Assembly: GCF_003334315.1 (NCBI RefSeq)
Contig: NZ_QOWR01000060.1
Source: Escherichia coli
Lineage (GTDB): Bacteria > Pseudomonadota > Gammaproteobacteria > Enterobacterales > Enterobacteriaceae
Direction: 5' to 3' (one strand)
DNA length: 28,819 nt
Each line of letters opens with the position of its first letter. Position 1 is the stretch's first letter. The notes under the pieces were generated by a model. The model was not told the DNA's origin. It made no database searches and saw only the letters and a list, made by a program, of their open reading frames with translations. A program made the position numbers and the translations under genes. Below, in pieces: positions 19,143-28,366 of the stretch.

Positions 19143-20519
19143 ATGAGCGACACCTCACCTGCCATACCGGAGAGTATCGATCCGGCGAATCAGCATAAAG
19201 CGCTGACTGCCGGACAACAGGCGGTTATTAAGAAGCTGTTTCGCCGCCTGATCGTCTTTCTGTTCGTGCTGTTTATCTTCTCGTTCCTTGATCGCATCAA
19301 CATCGGCTTTGCCGGACTCACGATGGGACGCGACCTCGGTCTGAGCGCCACCATGTTTGGCCTCGCTACCACCCTGTTCTATGCCGCTTATGTCATCTTC
19401 GGCATTCCCAGCAACATTATGCTGAGTATTGTCGGTGCGCGGCGCTGGATCGCCACCATCATGGTGCTTTGGGGCATCGCCTCTACTGCCACCATGTTTG
19501 CCACTGGCCCCACCAGCTTGTACGTACTGCGTATACTGGTTGGCATTACCGAAGCCGGCTTTCTGCCCGGCATTCTGCTGTATTTAACCTTCTGGTTTCC
19601 GGCCTATTTCCGCGCCCGTGCCAACGCCTTGTTTATGGTAGCAATGCCGGTAACGACAGCGTTGGGATCGATCGTTTCCGGCTACATTTTGTCGCTGGAT
19701 GGCGTAATGGCATTAAAAGGCTGGCAGTGGCTGTTTTTGCTGGAAGGCTTCCCGTCGGTATTACTCGGCGTCATGGTGTGGTTCTGGCTTGATGACTCAC
19801 CGGACAAAGCTAAGTGGCTGACGAAAGAAGACAAAAAATGCCTGCAAGAGATGATGGATAACGATCGTCTGACGCTGGTTCAGCCAGAGGGAGCCATCAG
19901 CCACCACGCCATGCAACAACGCAGCATGTGGCGGGAGATCTTCACTCCGGTGGTGATGATGTATACCCTGGCGTATTTCTGCCTGACCAACACACTTAGT
20001 GCGATCAGCATCTGGACACCGCAGATCCTACAAAGCTTTAATCAGGGCAGCAGTAATATCACCATCGGCCTGCTGGCCGCCGTACCGCAGATTTGTACCA
20101 TTCTCGGGATGGTCTACTGGAGCCGTCACTCAGATCGCCGCCAGGAACGAAGGCATCACACCGCCCTTCCTTATTTGTTCGCTGCCGCTGGTTGGTTACT
20201 GGCTTCGGCAACTGATCACAACATGATCCAGATGCTGGGGATCATTATGGCTTCGACCGGATCATTCAGCGCAATGGCGATTTTCTGGACAACACCGGAT
20301 CAGTCCATCAGCCTGCGGGCACGAGCGATCGGTATTGCGGTGATCAACGCCACTGGCAACATTGGTTCAGCGTTAAGTCCGTTTATGATCGGCTGGTTGA
20401 AAGATTTGACCGGCAGCTTTAACAGTGGATTGTGGTTTGTTGCCGCGCTGCTGGTGATTGGTGCGGGGATTATCTGGGCGATTCCAATGCAGTCCTCCCG
20501 TCCGCGAGCGACCCCGTAA
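19143..20519 (+). CDS. hpaX: HpaX, MFS 4-hydroxyphenylacetate permease
   Basis: ORF 19083..20519; start at the ATG with SD AGAGGAAG (MSDTSPAIPESIDPANQHK...), 458 aa, 12 predicted transmembrane segments. Confidence 0.9.
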   Translation: MSDTSPAIPESIDPANQHKALTAGQQAVIKKLFRRLIVFLFVLFIFSFLDRINIGFAGLTMGRDLGLSATMFGLATTLFYAAYVIFGIPSNIMLSIVGARRWIATIMVLWGIASTATMFATGPTSLYVLRILVGITEAGFLPGILLYLTFWFPAYFRARANALFMVAMPVTTALGSIVSGYILSLDGVMALKGWQWLFLLEGFPSVLLGVMVWFWLDDSPDKAKWLTKEDKKCLQEMMDNDRLTLVQPEGAISHHAMQQRSMWREIFTPVVMMYTLAYFCLTNTLSAISIWTPQILQSFNQGSSNITIGLLAAVPQICTILGMVYWSRHSDRRQERRHHTALPYLFAAAGWLLASATDHNMIQMLGIIMASTGSFSAMAIFWTTPDQSISLRARAIGIAVINATGNIGSALSPFMIGWLKDLTGSFNSGLWFVAALLVIGAGIIWAIPMQSSRPRATP

Positions 20520-20528
20520 GGAACGACG

Positions 20529-21419
20529 ATGTGTGACCGTCAGATTGCCAATATTGATATCAGCAAAGAGTACGATGAAAGCCTGGGCACGGACGATGTG
20601 CATTATCAGTCGTTCGCCCGCATGGCGGCATTTTTTGGCCGCCATATGCTGCCACATCGCCACGAACAGTACTTTCAGATGCATTTCCTCAATAGCGGAC
20701 AGATTGAGCTACAGCTTGACGATCATCGCTACTCGGTGGAAGCGCCCCTGTTTGTCCTGACGCCGCCGTCAGTACCTCATGCGTTTATTACGGAGTCTGA
20801 CGCCGACGGTCATGTGTTGACGGTACGGGAAGATCTGATCTGGCCCCTGCTGGAAGTTCTTTATCCGGGCACTCGGGAAACCTTCGGCCTGCCGGGGATT
20901 TGCCTGTCACTGGCAGATAAACCCGACGAACTGGCGGCGCTGGAACACTATTGGCAACTGATAGAGCGGGAATCGGTAGAACAACTGCCTGGACGGGAAC
21001 ACACCCTGACGTTACTGGCACAGGCAGTGTTCACCCTACTGCTGCGTAACGCAAAACTCGACGACCATGCCGCCAGCGGAATGCGCGGAGAATTAAAACT
21101 GTTCCAGCGTTTTAATATGCTGATTGAAAGCCATTTTCATCAGCACTGGACAGTACCGGATTACGCTAACGAACTGCATATCACCGAATCACGCCTCACG
21201 GACATCTGCCGCCGCTTTGCCAACCGTCCGCCAAAACGGTTGATTTTCGACAGGCAGCTGCGAGAAGCCAAGCGGTTGCTGCTGTTTTCTGATAACGCCG
21301 TGAACAATATTGCCTGGCAACTCGGTTTTAAGGATCCGGCTTATTTTGCGCGCTTTTTTAATCGCTTAGTCGGTTGCTCGCCCAGTGCTTATCGCGCCAA
21401 AAAAGTACCTGTGACGTGA
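20529..21419 (+). CDS. hpaA: HpaA, AraC/XylS-family activator of hpaBC
   Basis: 296 aa; C-terminal AraC-type HTH (IAWQLGFKDPAYFARFFNRLVGCSPSAYR); immediately upstream of hpaBC. Confidence 0.9.
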   Translation: MCDRQIANIDISKEYDESLGTDDVHYQSFARMAAFFGRHMLPHRHEQYFQMHFLNSGQIELQLDDHRYSVEAPLFVLTPPSVPHAFITESDADGHVLTVREDLIWPLLEVLYPGTRETFGLPGICLSLADKPDELAALEHYWQLIERESVEQLPGREHTLTLLAQAVFTLLLRNAKLDDHAASGMRGELKLFQRFNMLIESHFHQHWTVPDYANELHITESRLTDICRRFANRPPKRLIFDRQLREAKRLLLFSDNAVNNIAWQLGFKDPAYFARFFNRLVGCSPSAYRAKKVPVT

Positions 21420-21669
21420 AAATCCCTTAGCCTTAACGGGAAACCAGGCACCACCTGCTATTCCCCTTTCTCCGCCTGGAGCAAGGGGATTTAGTAACGT
21501 TAAAAATCGCTAAAAGCGACCTCGATCACAAAACCGTACCCGACCTGAAAAGTACCAGCCATTGTCCCAAAAGTGTCTTCCCGTAATCGCCCCTGCAAGC
21601 TTCAATTGAATAACAAAAACAACACACAAAATTAACAATCGTATTCCGATTAATACTGTAGAGGTCGAT
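21420..21669 (+). promoter_or_regulatory. hpaBC promoter region (HpaA-activated), including a hairpin after hpaA
   Basis: 250-bp intergenic region; hairpin TCCCCTT...AAGGGGA at about 21452..21482; palindrome TCGCT-aaa-AGCGA at about 21507..21519; A-rich tract AACAAAAACAACACACAAAATTAACAA upstream of the hpaB SD. Confidence 0.5.
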
Positions 21670-23232
21670 ATGAAACCAGAAGATTTCCGCGCCAGTACCC
21701 AACGTCCGTTCACCGGGGAAGAGTATCTGAAAAGCCTGCAGGATGGTCGCGAGATCTATATCTATGGCGAGCGAGTGAAAGACGTCACCACTCATCCGGC
21801 ATTTCGTAATGCGGCAGCGTCTGTTGCCCAACTGTACGACGCGCTACACAAACCGGAGATGCAGGACTCTCTGTGTTGGAACACCGACACCGGTAGCGGC
21901 GGCTATACCCATAAATTCTTCCGCGTGGCGAAAAGTGCCGACGACCTGCGCCAGCAACGCGACGCCATCGCTGAGTGGTCACGCCTGAGCTATGGCTGGA
22001 TGGGCCGTACCCCAGACTACAAAGCCGCTTTCGGTTGCGCACTGGGCGCGAATCCGGGCTTTTACGGTCAGTTCGAGCAGAACGCCCGTAACTGGTACAC
22101 CCGTATTCAGGAAACTGGCCTCTACTTTAACCACGCGATTGTTAACCCACCGATCGATCGTCATTTGCCGACCGATAAAGTGAAAGACGTTTACATCAAG
22201 CTGGAAAAAGAGACTGACGCCGGGATTATCGTCAGCGGTGCGAAAGTGGTTGCCACCAACTCGGCGCTGACTCACTACAACATGATTGGCTTCGGCTCGG
22301 CACAAGTGATGGGCGAAAACCCGGACTTCGCACTGATGTTCGTTGCGCCAATGGATGCCGATGGCGTGAAATTAATCTCCCGCGCCTCTTATGAGATGGT
22401 CGCGGGTGCTACCGGCTCGCCGTACGACTACCCGCTCTCCAGCCGCTTCGATGAGAACGATGCGATTCTGGTGATGGATAACGTGCTGATCCCATGGGAA
22501 AACGTGCTGATCTACCGCGATTTCGATCGCTGCCGTCGCTGGACAATGGAAGGCGGTTTTGCCCGTATGTATCCGCTGCAAGCCTGTGTGCGCCTGGCAG
22601 TGAAATTAGACTTCATTACGGCACTGCTGAAAAAATCACTCGAATGTACCGGCACCCTGGAGTTCCGTGGTGTGCAGGCCGATCTCGGTGAAGTGGTGGC
22701 GTGGCGCAACACCTTCTGGGCATTGAGTGACTCGATGTGTTCAGAAGCGACGCCGTGGGTCAACGGGGCTTATTTACCGGATCATGCCGCACTGCAAACC
22801 TATCGCGTACTGGCACCAATGGCCTACGCGAAGATCAAAAACATTATCGAACGCAACGTTACCAGTGGCCTGATCTATCTCCCTTCCAGTGCCCGTGACC
22901 TGAACAATCCGCAGATCGACCAGTATCTGGCGAAGTATGTGCGCGGTTCGAACGGTATGGATCACGTCCAGCGCATCAAGATCCTCAAACTGATGTGGGA
23001 CGCCATTGGCAGCGAATTTGGTGGTCGTCACGAGCTGTATGAAATCAACTACTCCGGTAGCCAGGATGAGATTCGCCTGCAGTGTCTGCGCCAGGCACAA
23101 AGCTCCGGCAATATGGACAAGATGATGGCGATGGTTGATCGCTGCCTGTCGGAATACGACCAGAACGGCTGGACTGTGCCGCACCTGCACAACAACGACG
23201 ATATCAACATGCTGGATAAGCTGCTGAAATAA
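21670..23232 (+). CDS. hpaB: HpaB, 4-hydroxyphenylacetate 3-monooxygenase, oxygenase (FADH2-utilising) component
   Basis: 520 aa (MKPEDFRASTQRPFTGEEYLKSLQDGREIYIYGERVKDVTTHPAFRN...). Confidence 0.95.
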   Translation: MKPEDFRASTQRPFTGEEYLKSLQDGREIYIYGERVKDVTTHPAFRNAAASVAQLYDALHKPEMQDSLCWNTDTGSGGYTHKFFRVAKSADDLRQQRDAIAEWSRLSYGWMGRTPDYKAAFGCALGANPGFYGQFEQNARNWYTRIQETGLYFNHAIVNPPIDRHLPTDKVKDVYIKLEKETDAGIIVSGAKVVATNSALTHYNMIGFGSAQVMGENPDFALMFVAPMDADGVKLISRASYEMVAGATGSPYDYPLSSRFDENDAILVMDNVLIPWENVLIYRDFDRCRRWTMEGGFARMYPLQACVRLAVKLDFITALLKKSLECTGTLEFRGVQADLGEVVAWRNTFWALSDSMCSEATPWVNGAYLPDHAALQTYRVLAPMAYAKIKNIIERNVTSGLIYLPSSARDLNNPQIDQYLAKYVRGSNGMDHVQRIKILKLMWDAIGSEFGGRHELYEINYSGSQDEIRLQCLRQAQSSGNMDKMMAMVDRCLSEYDQNGWTVPHLHNNDDINMLDKLLK

Positions 23233-23249
23233 CGCAGCAGGAGGTTAAG

Positions 23250-23762
23250 ATGCAATTAGATGAACAACGCCTGCGCTTTCGTGACGCGATGGCCAGCCTG
23301 TCGGCAGCGGTAAATATTATCACCACCGAGGGCGACGCCGGACAATGCGGGATTACGGCAACGGCTGTCTGCTCGGTCACGGATACACCACCGTCGCTGA
23401 TGGTGTGCATTAACGCCAACAGTGCGATGAACCCGGTTTTTCAGGGCAACGGTAAGTTGTGCGTCAACGTCCTCAACCATGAGCAGGAACTGATGGCACG
23501 CCACTTCGCGGGCATGACAGGCATGGCGATGGAAGAGCGTTTTAGCCTCTCATGCTGGCAAAAAGGTCCGCTGGCGCAGCCGGTGCTGAAAGGTTCGCTG
23601 GCCAGTCTTGAAGGAGAGATCCGCGATGTGCAGGCGATTGGCACACATCTGGTGTATCTGGTGGAGATTAAAAACATCATCCTCAGTGCAGAAGGTCACG
23701 GACTTATTTACTTTAAACGCCGTTTCCATCCGGTGATGCTGGAAATGGAAGCTGCGATTTAA
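23250..23762 (+). CDS. hpaC: HpaC, NADH:flavin oxidoreductase component of 4-HPA 3-monooxygenase
   Basis: 170 aa (MQLDEQRLRFRDAMASLSAAVNIITTEGDAGQCGITATAVCSV...), flavin-reductase fold; follows hpaB with an SD. Confidence 0.93.
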   Translation: MQLDEQRLRFRDAMASLSAAVNIITTEGDAGQCGITATAVCSVTDTPPSLMVCINANSAMNPVFQGNGKLCVNVLNHEQELMARHFAGMTGMAMEERFSLSCWQKGPLAQPVLKGSLASLEGEIRDVQAIGTHLVYLVEIKNIILSAEGHGLIYFKRRFHPVMLEMEAAI

Positions 23763-23769
23763 GCTCCAG

Positions 23770-23804
23770 CCCCTTCACGCATTCGTCGAAGGGGTATTTT
23801 TATT
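23770..23804 (+). terminator. Rho-independent terminator of hpaBC
   Basis: CCCCTTC-acgcattcgtc-GAAGGGG followed by TATTTTTATT. Confidence 0.8.
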
Positions 23805-23827
23805 GTGATCTCAATCACATATCCACC

Positions 23828-23855
23828 CGATGAATAATTCTTGCCCAACCGCTCA
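23828..23855 (+). promoter_or_regulatory. Direct repeat ACCGCTCA / ACCGCTTA in the btsT promoter, candidate LytTR response-regulator (BtsR/YehT) binding site
   Basis: Two copies of ACC(G)CT(C/T)A separated by 12 bp, about 300 bp upstream of the btsT start. This matches the YehT/BtsR binding motif as I recall it from the yjiY promoter. Confidence 0.55.
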
Positions 23856-24154
23856 CCGCCATTCCTGACCGCTTACATCCCTAAAATAACCACTCAGTTA
23901 TTTACCTTACTTTACGCGCGCGTATCTCTGGCAACATCACTGCAGGATAGCGGTCAATTTACCTCCTCAAATGCAACGCAAACCTAGAACGGCTTCGGCC
24001 TATGATTAACAAATTACTCTATGGATTTTGGTTTGCAGGAAGGCAGCAAGTGAGTGAATCCCCGGGAGCTTACAAAAGTAAGTGTCAGAGGTGAACGAAC
24101 GCAGCTGCCGCACCTGTAAGCCAAAAGACGACGAGTAAAATGCCAGGTTTTACT

Positions 24155-26305
24155 ATGGATACGAAAAAACTATTCAAGCACATACCCTGGGTGATTCTCG
24201 GAATCATCGGTGCATTCTGCCTCGCGGTAGTTGCATTACGTCGGGGGGAGCACGTCAGCGCCCTGTGGATCGTGGTCGCCTCTGTGTCGGTGTATCTGGT
24301 GGCTTATCGCTACTACAGTCTGTACATCGCCCAGAAGGTGATGAAACTCGACCCCACGCGCGCGACGCCTGCGGTTATTAACAACGACGGTCTGAACTAT
24401 GTTCCGACCAACCGTTACGTGTTGTTTGGTCACCACTTCGCCGCTATCGCCGGTGCTGGTCCGCTGGTTGGTCCGGTTCTCGCCGCGCAGATGGGCTACC
24501 TGCCCGGCACGCTGTGGCTGCTGGCGGGGGTAGTGCTGGCCGGTGCGGTACAGGACTTTATGGTGCTGTTTATCTCCTCTCGCCGTAACGGCGCATCTCT
24601 CGGTGAGATGATCAAAGAAGAGATGGGGCCAGTACCGGGAACTATCGCGCTGTTTGGCTGTTTCTTAATCATGATCATCATCCTCGCCGTCCTGGCGCTG
24701 ATTGTGGTTAAAGCCCTGGCCGAAAGTCCGTGGGGTGTCTTCACCGTTTGCTCAACCGTACCGATTGCGCTGTTTATGGGTATCTACATGCGCTTTATCC
24801 GTCCGGGGCGTGTGGGTGAAGTCTCTGTAATCGGTATCGTGCTGCTGGTTGCCTCTATCTACTTCGGTGGCGTGATTGCTCACGATCCGTACTGGGGTCC
24901 GGCACTGACCTTTAAAGACACCACCATTACCTTCGCGCTGATTGGCTATGCGTTTGTTTCCGCACTGCTGCCGGTGTGGCTGATCCTCGCACCGCGCGAC
25001 TATCTGGCAACCTTCCTGAAAATCGGCGTTATCGTCGGCCTGGCGTTGGGTATCGTGGTGCTGAACCCGGAACTGAAAATGCCTGCGATGACCCAGTACA
25101 TTGACGGTACTGGCCCGCTGTGGAAAGGCGCTCTGTTCCCGTTCCTGTTCATCACCATCGCCTGTGGTGCGGTATCTGGCTTCCACGCGCTGATCTCTTC
25201 CGGTACGACGCCGAAACTGCTGGCTAACGAAACCGACGCGCGTTTCATTGGCTACGGCGCAATGCTGATGGAGTCCTTCGTGGCGATTATGGCGCTGGTT
25301 GCAGCGTCCATCATCGAACCGGGTCTTTACTTCGCGATGAACACCCCGCCTGCGGGCCTTGGCATCACCATGCCTAACCTGCATGAAATGGGTGGCGAGA
25401 ACGCGCCGATCATCATGGCGCAGCTGAAAGACGTTACCGCACACGCGGCGGCGACCGTCAGCTCCTGGGGCTTCGTGATTTCGCCAGAGCAGATCCTGCA
25501 AACCGCGAAAGACATTGGTGAGCCTTCTGTCCTGAACCGTGCAGGTGGTGCGCCGACACTGGCGGTAGGTATCGCGCACGTGTTCCACAAAGTGCTGCCG
25601 ATGGCTGACATGGGCTTCTGGTATCACTTCGGTATTCTGTTCGAAGCCCTGTTCATCCTGACCGCGCTGGATGCGGGTACCCGTTCTGGCCGCTTTATGC
25701 TGCAGGACCTGCTGGGTAACTTCATCCCGTTCCTGAAAAAAACCGACTCTCTGGTTGCTGGTATCATCGGTACTGCGGGCTGTGTGGGTCTGTGGGGCTA
25801 CCTGCTGTATCAGGGCGTGGTCGATCCGCTGGGCGGCGTTAAGAGCCTGTGGCCGCTGTTCGGTATTTCCAACCAGATGCTGGCAGCCGTAGCGCTGGTA
25901 CTGGGCACCGTTGTGCTGATTAAGATGAAGCGCACCCAATACATCTGGGTAACTGTTGTTCCGGCTGTATGGCTGCTTATCTGCACCACCTGGGCGCTGG
26001 GCCTGAAACTGTTCAGCACCAACCCGCAGATGGAAGGCTTCTTCTACATGGCAAGCCAGTACAAAGAGAAGATTGCTAACGGTACTGACCTGACGGCGCA
26101 GCAGATTGCCAACATGAACCACATCGTTGTGAACAACTACACCAACGCAGGCCTGAGTATTCTGTTCCTGATTGTGGTGTACAGCATCATCTTCTACGGT
26201 TTCAAAACCTGGCTGAAGGTGCGTAACAGCGACAAGCGTACTGACAAAGAAACTCCGTACGTTCCAATCCCGGAAGGCGGCGTGAAGATCTCTTCGCACC
26301 ACTAA
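24155..26305 (+). CDS. btsT: BtsT (YjiY), CstA-family pyruvate/H+ symporter
   Basis: ORF 24140..26305; start at the internal ATG (MDTKKLFKHIPWVILGIIG...), 716 aa, highly hydrophobic, CstA family. Confidence 0.93.
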   Translation: MDTKKLFKHIPWVILGIIGAFCLAVVALRRGEHVSALWIVVASVSVYLVAYRYYSLYIAQKVMKLDPTRATPAVINNDGLNYVPTNRYVLFGHHFAAIAGAGPLVGPVLAAQMGYLPGTLWLLAGVVLAGAVQDFMVLFISSRRNGASLGEMIKEEMGPVPGTIALFGCFLIMIIILAVLALIVVKALAESPWGVFTVCSTVPIALFMGIYMRFIRPGRVGEVSVIGIVLLVASIYFGGVIAHDPYWGPALTFKDTTITFALIGYAFVSALLPVWLILAPRDYLATFLKIGVIVGLALGIVVLNPELKMPAMTQYIDGTGPLWKGALFPFLFITIACGAVSGFHALISSGTTPKLLANETDARFIGYGAMLMESFVAIMALVAASIIEPGLYFAMNTPPAGLGITMPNLHEMGGENAPIIMAQLKDVTAHAAATVSSWGFVISPEQILQTAKDIGEPSVLNRAGGAPTLAVGIAHVFHKVLPMADMGFWYHFGILFEALFILTALDAGTRSGRFMLQDLLGNFIPFLKKTDSLVAGIIGTAGCVGLWGYLLYQGVVDPLGGVKSLWPLFGISNQMLAAVALVLGTVVLIKMKRTQYIWVTVVPAVWLLICTTWALGLKLFSTNPQMEGFFYMASQYKEKIANGTDLTAQQIANMNHIVVNNYTNAGLSILFLIVVYSIIFYGFKTWLKVRNSDKRTDKETPYVPIPEGGVKISSHH

Positions 26306-26310
26306 CCGGT

Positions 26311-26413
26311 TGCCGGATGCGCTGCGCGTATCCGGCCTACAAAGTGTCTATCGCAGGCCGGATAAAGCGTTTACGCCGCATCCGGCAAATCCCTAGCCCG
26401 GACCTTCCGGGCT
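26311..26413. repeat. BIME / REP cluster after btsT plus a short hairpin (AGCCCGG-acctt-CCGGGCT)
   Basis: TGCCGGATGCGCTGCGCGTATCCGGCCTACA and GCAGGCCGGATAAAGCGTTTACGCCGCATCCGGCA are read directly; hairpin at 26395..26413. Confidence 0.85.
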
Positions 26414-26435
26414 TTACGCATATCTGGAAGGCAAA

Positions 26436-26639
26436 ATGTTTGGTAACTTAGGACAGGCAAAAAAATATCTCGGCCAGGCGGCGAAGATGTTGATTGGCAT
26501 TCCAGACTACGACAACTACGTCGAGCATATGAAGACCAACCATCCCGACAAGCCGTACATGAGCTATGAAGAATTCTTCCGCGAACGCCAGAACGCGCGC
26601 TACGGCGGCGATGGTAAAGGCGGTATGCGCTGTTGTTAA
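26436..26639 (+). CDS. yjiX: YjiX, small DUF466-family protein associated with CstA-like transporters
   Basis: 67 aa ([58 protein letters not shown]...); conserved position after btsT. Confidence 0.88.
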
Positions 26640-26649
26640 TGGAGAGAGC

Positions 26650-27606
26650 ATGAACCCGATTGCAGTTACCCTACTCACCGGTTTTTTAGGCGCGGGCAAA
26701 ACCACCCTGCTGCGCCATATTCTTAACGAACAACACGGCTACAAGATTGCCGTGATTGAAAACGAATTCGGCGAAGTCTCCGTTGATGATCAATTGATTG
26801 GTGATCGCGCCACGCAGATCAAAACGCTGACCAACGGCTGCATCTGCTGTTCGCGCTCCAACGAGCTGGAAGACGCACTACTCGACCTGCTGGACAATCT
26901 CGACAAGGGCAATATTCAGTTCGATCGTCTGGTCATTGAATGCACCGGCATGGCCGATCCTGGCCCGATTATTCAGACCTTTTTCTCCCATGAGATTTTA
27001 TGCCAGCGCTACCTGCTGGACGGCGTGATTGCGCTGGTGGATGCGGTACATGCCGATGAGCAGATGAACCAGTTCACCATCGCCCAGTCCCAGGTTGGCT
27101 ACGCCGACCGTATTCTGCTGACTAAAACCGACGTCGCAGGCGAAGCAGAAAAACTGCGTGAACGCATGGCGCGCATCAACGCCCGCGCACCGGTCTACAC
27201 CGTTACCCACGGCGACATCGACCTGGGCCTGCTGTTCAACACCAACGGTTTTATGCTGGAAGAAAACGTCGTCAGCACCAAACCGCGTTTCCACTTTATC
27301 GCGGACAAACAAAACGATATTTCGTCGATTGTGGTGGAACTGGATTACCCGGTAGATATCAGCGAAGTTTCCCGGGTGATGGAAAACCTGCTGCTGGAAT
27401 CGGCGGATAAACTGCTGCGTTACAAAGGGATGCTGTGGATTGACGGCGAACCTAACCGCCTGCTGTTCCAGGGCGTCCAGCGCCTCTACAGCGCCGACTG
27501 GGACAGGCCGTGGGGTGATGAAACACCGCATAGCACAATGGTGTTTATCGGGATTCAGTTGCCGGAGGATGAGATTCGGGCAGCGTTTGCGGGGTTGAGG
27601 AAGTAA
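26650..27606 (+). CDS. yjiA: YjiA, COG0523-family P-loop GTPase (putative metal chaperone)
   Basis: ORF 26566..27606; start at the internal ATG with SD GGAGAG (MNPIAVTLLTGFLGAGKTTLLRHILNE...), 318 aa; Walker A GFLGAGKTT and the CxCC metal motif GCICCS. Confidence 0.92.
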   Translation: MNPIAVTLLTGFLGAGKTTLLRHILNEQHGYKIAVIENEFGEVSVDDQLIGDRATQIKTLTNGCICCSRSNELEDALLDLLDNLDKGNIQFDRLVIECTGMADPGPIIQTFFSHEILCQRYLLDGVIALVDAVHADEQMNQFTIAQSQVGYADRILLTKTDVAGEAEKLRERMARINARAPVYTVTHGDIDLGLLFNTNGFMLEENVVSTKPRFHFIADKQNDISSIVVELDYPVDISEVSRVMENLLLESADKLLRYKGMLWIDGEPNRLLFQGVQRLYSADWDRPWGDETPHSTMVFIGIQLPEDEIRAAFAGLRK

Positions 27607-27692
27607 TCGTGAAAGGTTGAGTGTAAAGCAGCTCAATGCCCCATTTAGCAGTGAGGGGGGAAACAGAACGACGTGCTCCCCTCCGCTAAGTT

Positions 27693-27884
27693 TTATTGCG
27701 CGTGAATACCTGGATCTGGCAAAAAATTGCCGCGTTTGGCGTCAGACCATGCTTCGCTACCAGAAGCAGGAATGTCGCTGTAATCAATGTCTTCGTCGGA
27801 TTTATTAACCAAAGCCATGAGTTCAGCTTCTTGCTGCACATCAAGTGTGTAGAGTGTGCCCCGTTTATGTTTAACCATGCTCAT
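27693..27884 (-). CDS. Hypothetical small acidic protein (63 aa) with a DEDIDYSDIP motif; possibly a remnant of a small antitoxin-like gene
   Basis: ORF MSMVKHKRGTLYTLDVQQEAELMALVNKSDEDIDYSDIPASGSEAWSDAKRGNFLPDPGIHAQ, 39 bp downstream of the 137-aa ORF on the same strand, with an AAAGG SD-like sequence upstream. No family assignment could be verified. Confidence 0.4.
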   Translation of the reverse strand: MSMVKHKRGTLYTLDVQQEAELMALVNKSDEDIDYSDIPASGSEAWSDAKRGNFLPDPGIHAQ

Positions 27885-27923
27885 TTATGACCAGAACCTT
27901 TACGATTTAATTATAAAGATGAC

Positions 27924-28337
27924 TTATTTCAGCCATCCAGGCACGTTATATTCTGAGACATTCTCAATGGAATATGCATCTCTCCTGTCAGAACCTTTCT
28001 TACACTTCAACTCATTGAACCCCCATTTACCCTCTCTATTGGAATAAAATACAGTATATTTATCGGTATTAAACCCGAAATATCTTTCATCCGGACGTGA
28101 AATATTCAACTCTCCACATTTAACCTGACTGCGCCATTCAAAATCTATGGTGCTTTTTAAAACGTAGTACGAAATATTCTCTACATTTTTTGAAGCAAAA
28201 ACTACTAAAATAGTAGATACTATAAATGCTCCGGCAAGTATAAATAACCTATACACACTTAATTTAGTCCCCAGAGTTAAAAAAGCAAAATAGATAATAA
28301 GTTGCATCAACATGAAGAAAATTAACAAAAAAGCCAT
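27924..28337 (-). CDS. Hypothetical membrane-anchored protein (137 aa; two N-terminal hydrophobic helices plus an ~85-aa soluble domain) in a very AT-rich segment
   Basis: ORF MAFLLIFFMLMQLIIYFAFLTLGTKLSVYRLFILAGAFIVSTILVVFASKN... followed by a Lys/Asn/Tyr-rich domain. GC content is far below the neighbouring genes. The start codon lies 30 bp from the IS1 IRR end, and IS1 transcription is oriented toward it. Confidence 0.5.
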   Translation of the reverse strand: MAFLLIFFMLMQLIIYFAFLTLGTKLSVYRLFILAGAFIVSTILVVFASKNVENISYYVLKSTIDFEWRSQVKCGELNISRPDERYFGFNTDKYTVFYSNREGKWGFNELKCKKGSDRRDAYSIENVSEYNVPGWLK

Positions 28338-28366
28338 CCCTTTCCAGAAATACTCAACCCATGGTG

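Noticed and set aside
24752-26302. 516-aa minus-strand ORF antisense to btsT
   Set aside because: Fully nested in btsT. Extremely Arg/His/Gln-rich (the mirror of the hydrophobic codons of a membrane protein), so it is a codon-bias artefact rather than a gene.
26998-27636. 212-aa minus-strand ORF antisense to yjiA; also 6264..6818 (antisense to opgB) and 3509..3943 (antisense to dnaC)
   Set aside because: All are nested antisense frames inside conserved genes with recognisable motifs on the opposite strand; no start context or homology supports them.
27693-27884. Calling the 63-aa ORF a bona fide BrnA/DUF4415 antitoxin gene
   Set aside because: Only a short acidic motif resembles that family from memory. 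No ribbon-helix-helix C-terminal region is encoded in any frame downstream, and no partner toxin gene is recognisable. It is kept only as a hypothetical ORF or possible remnant.
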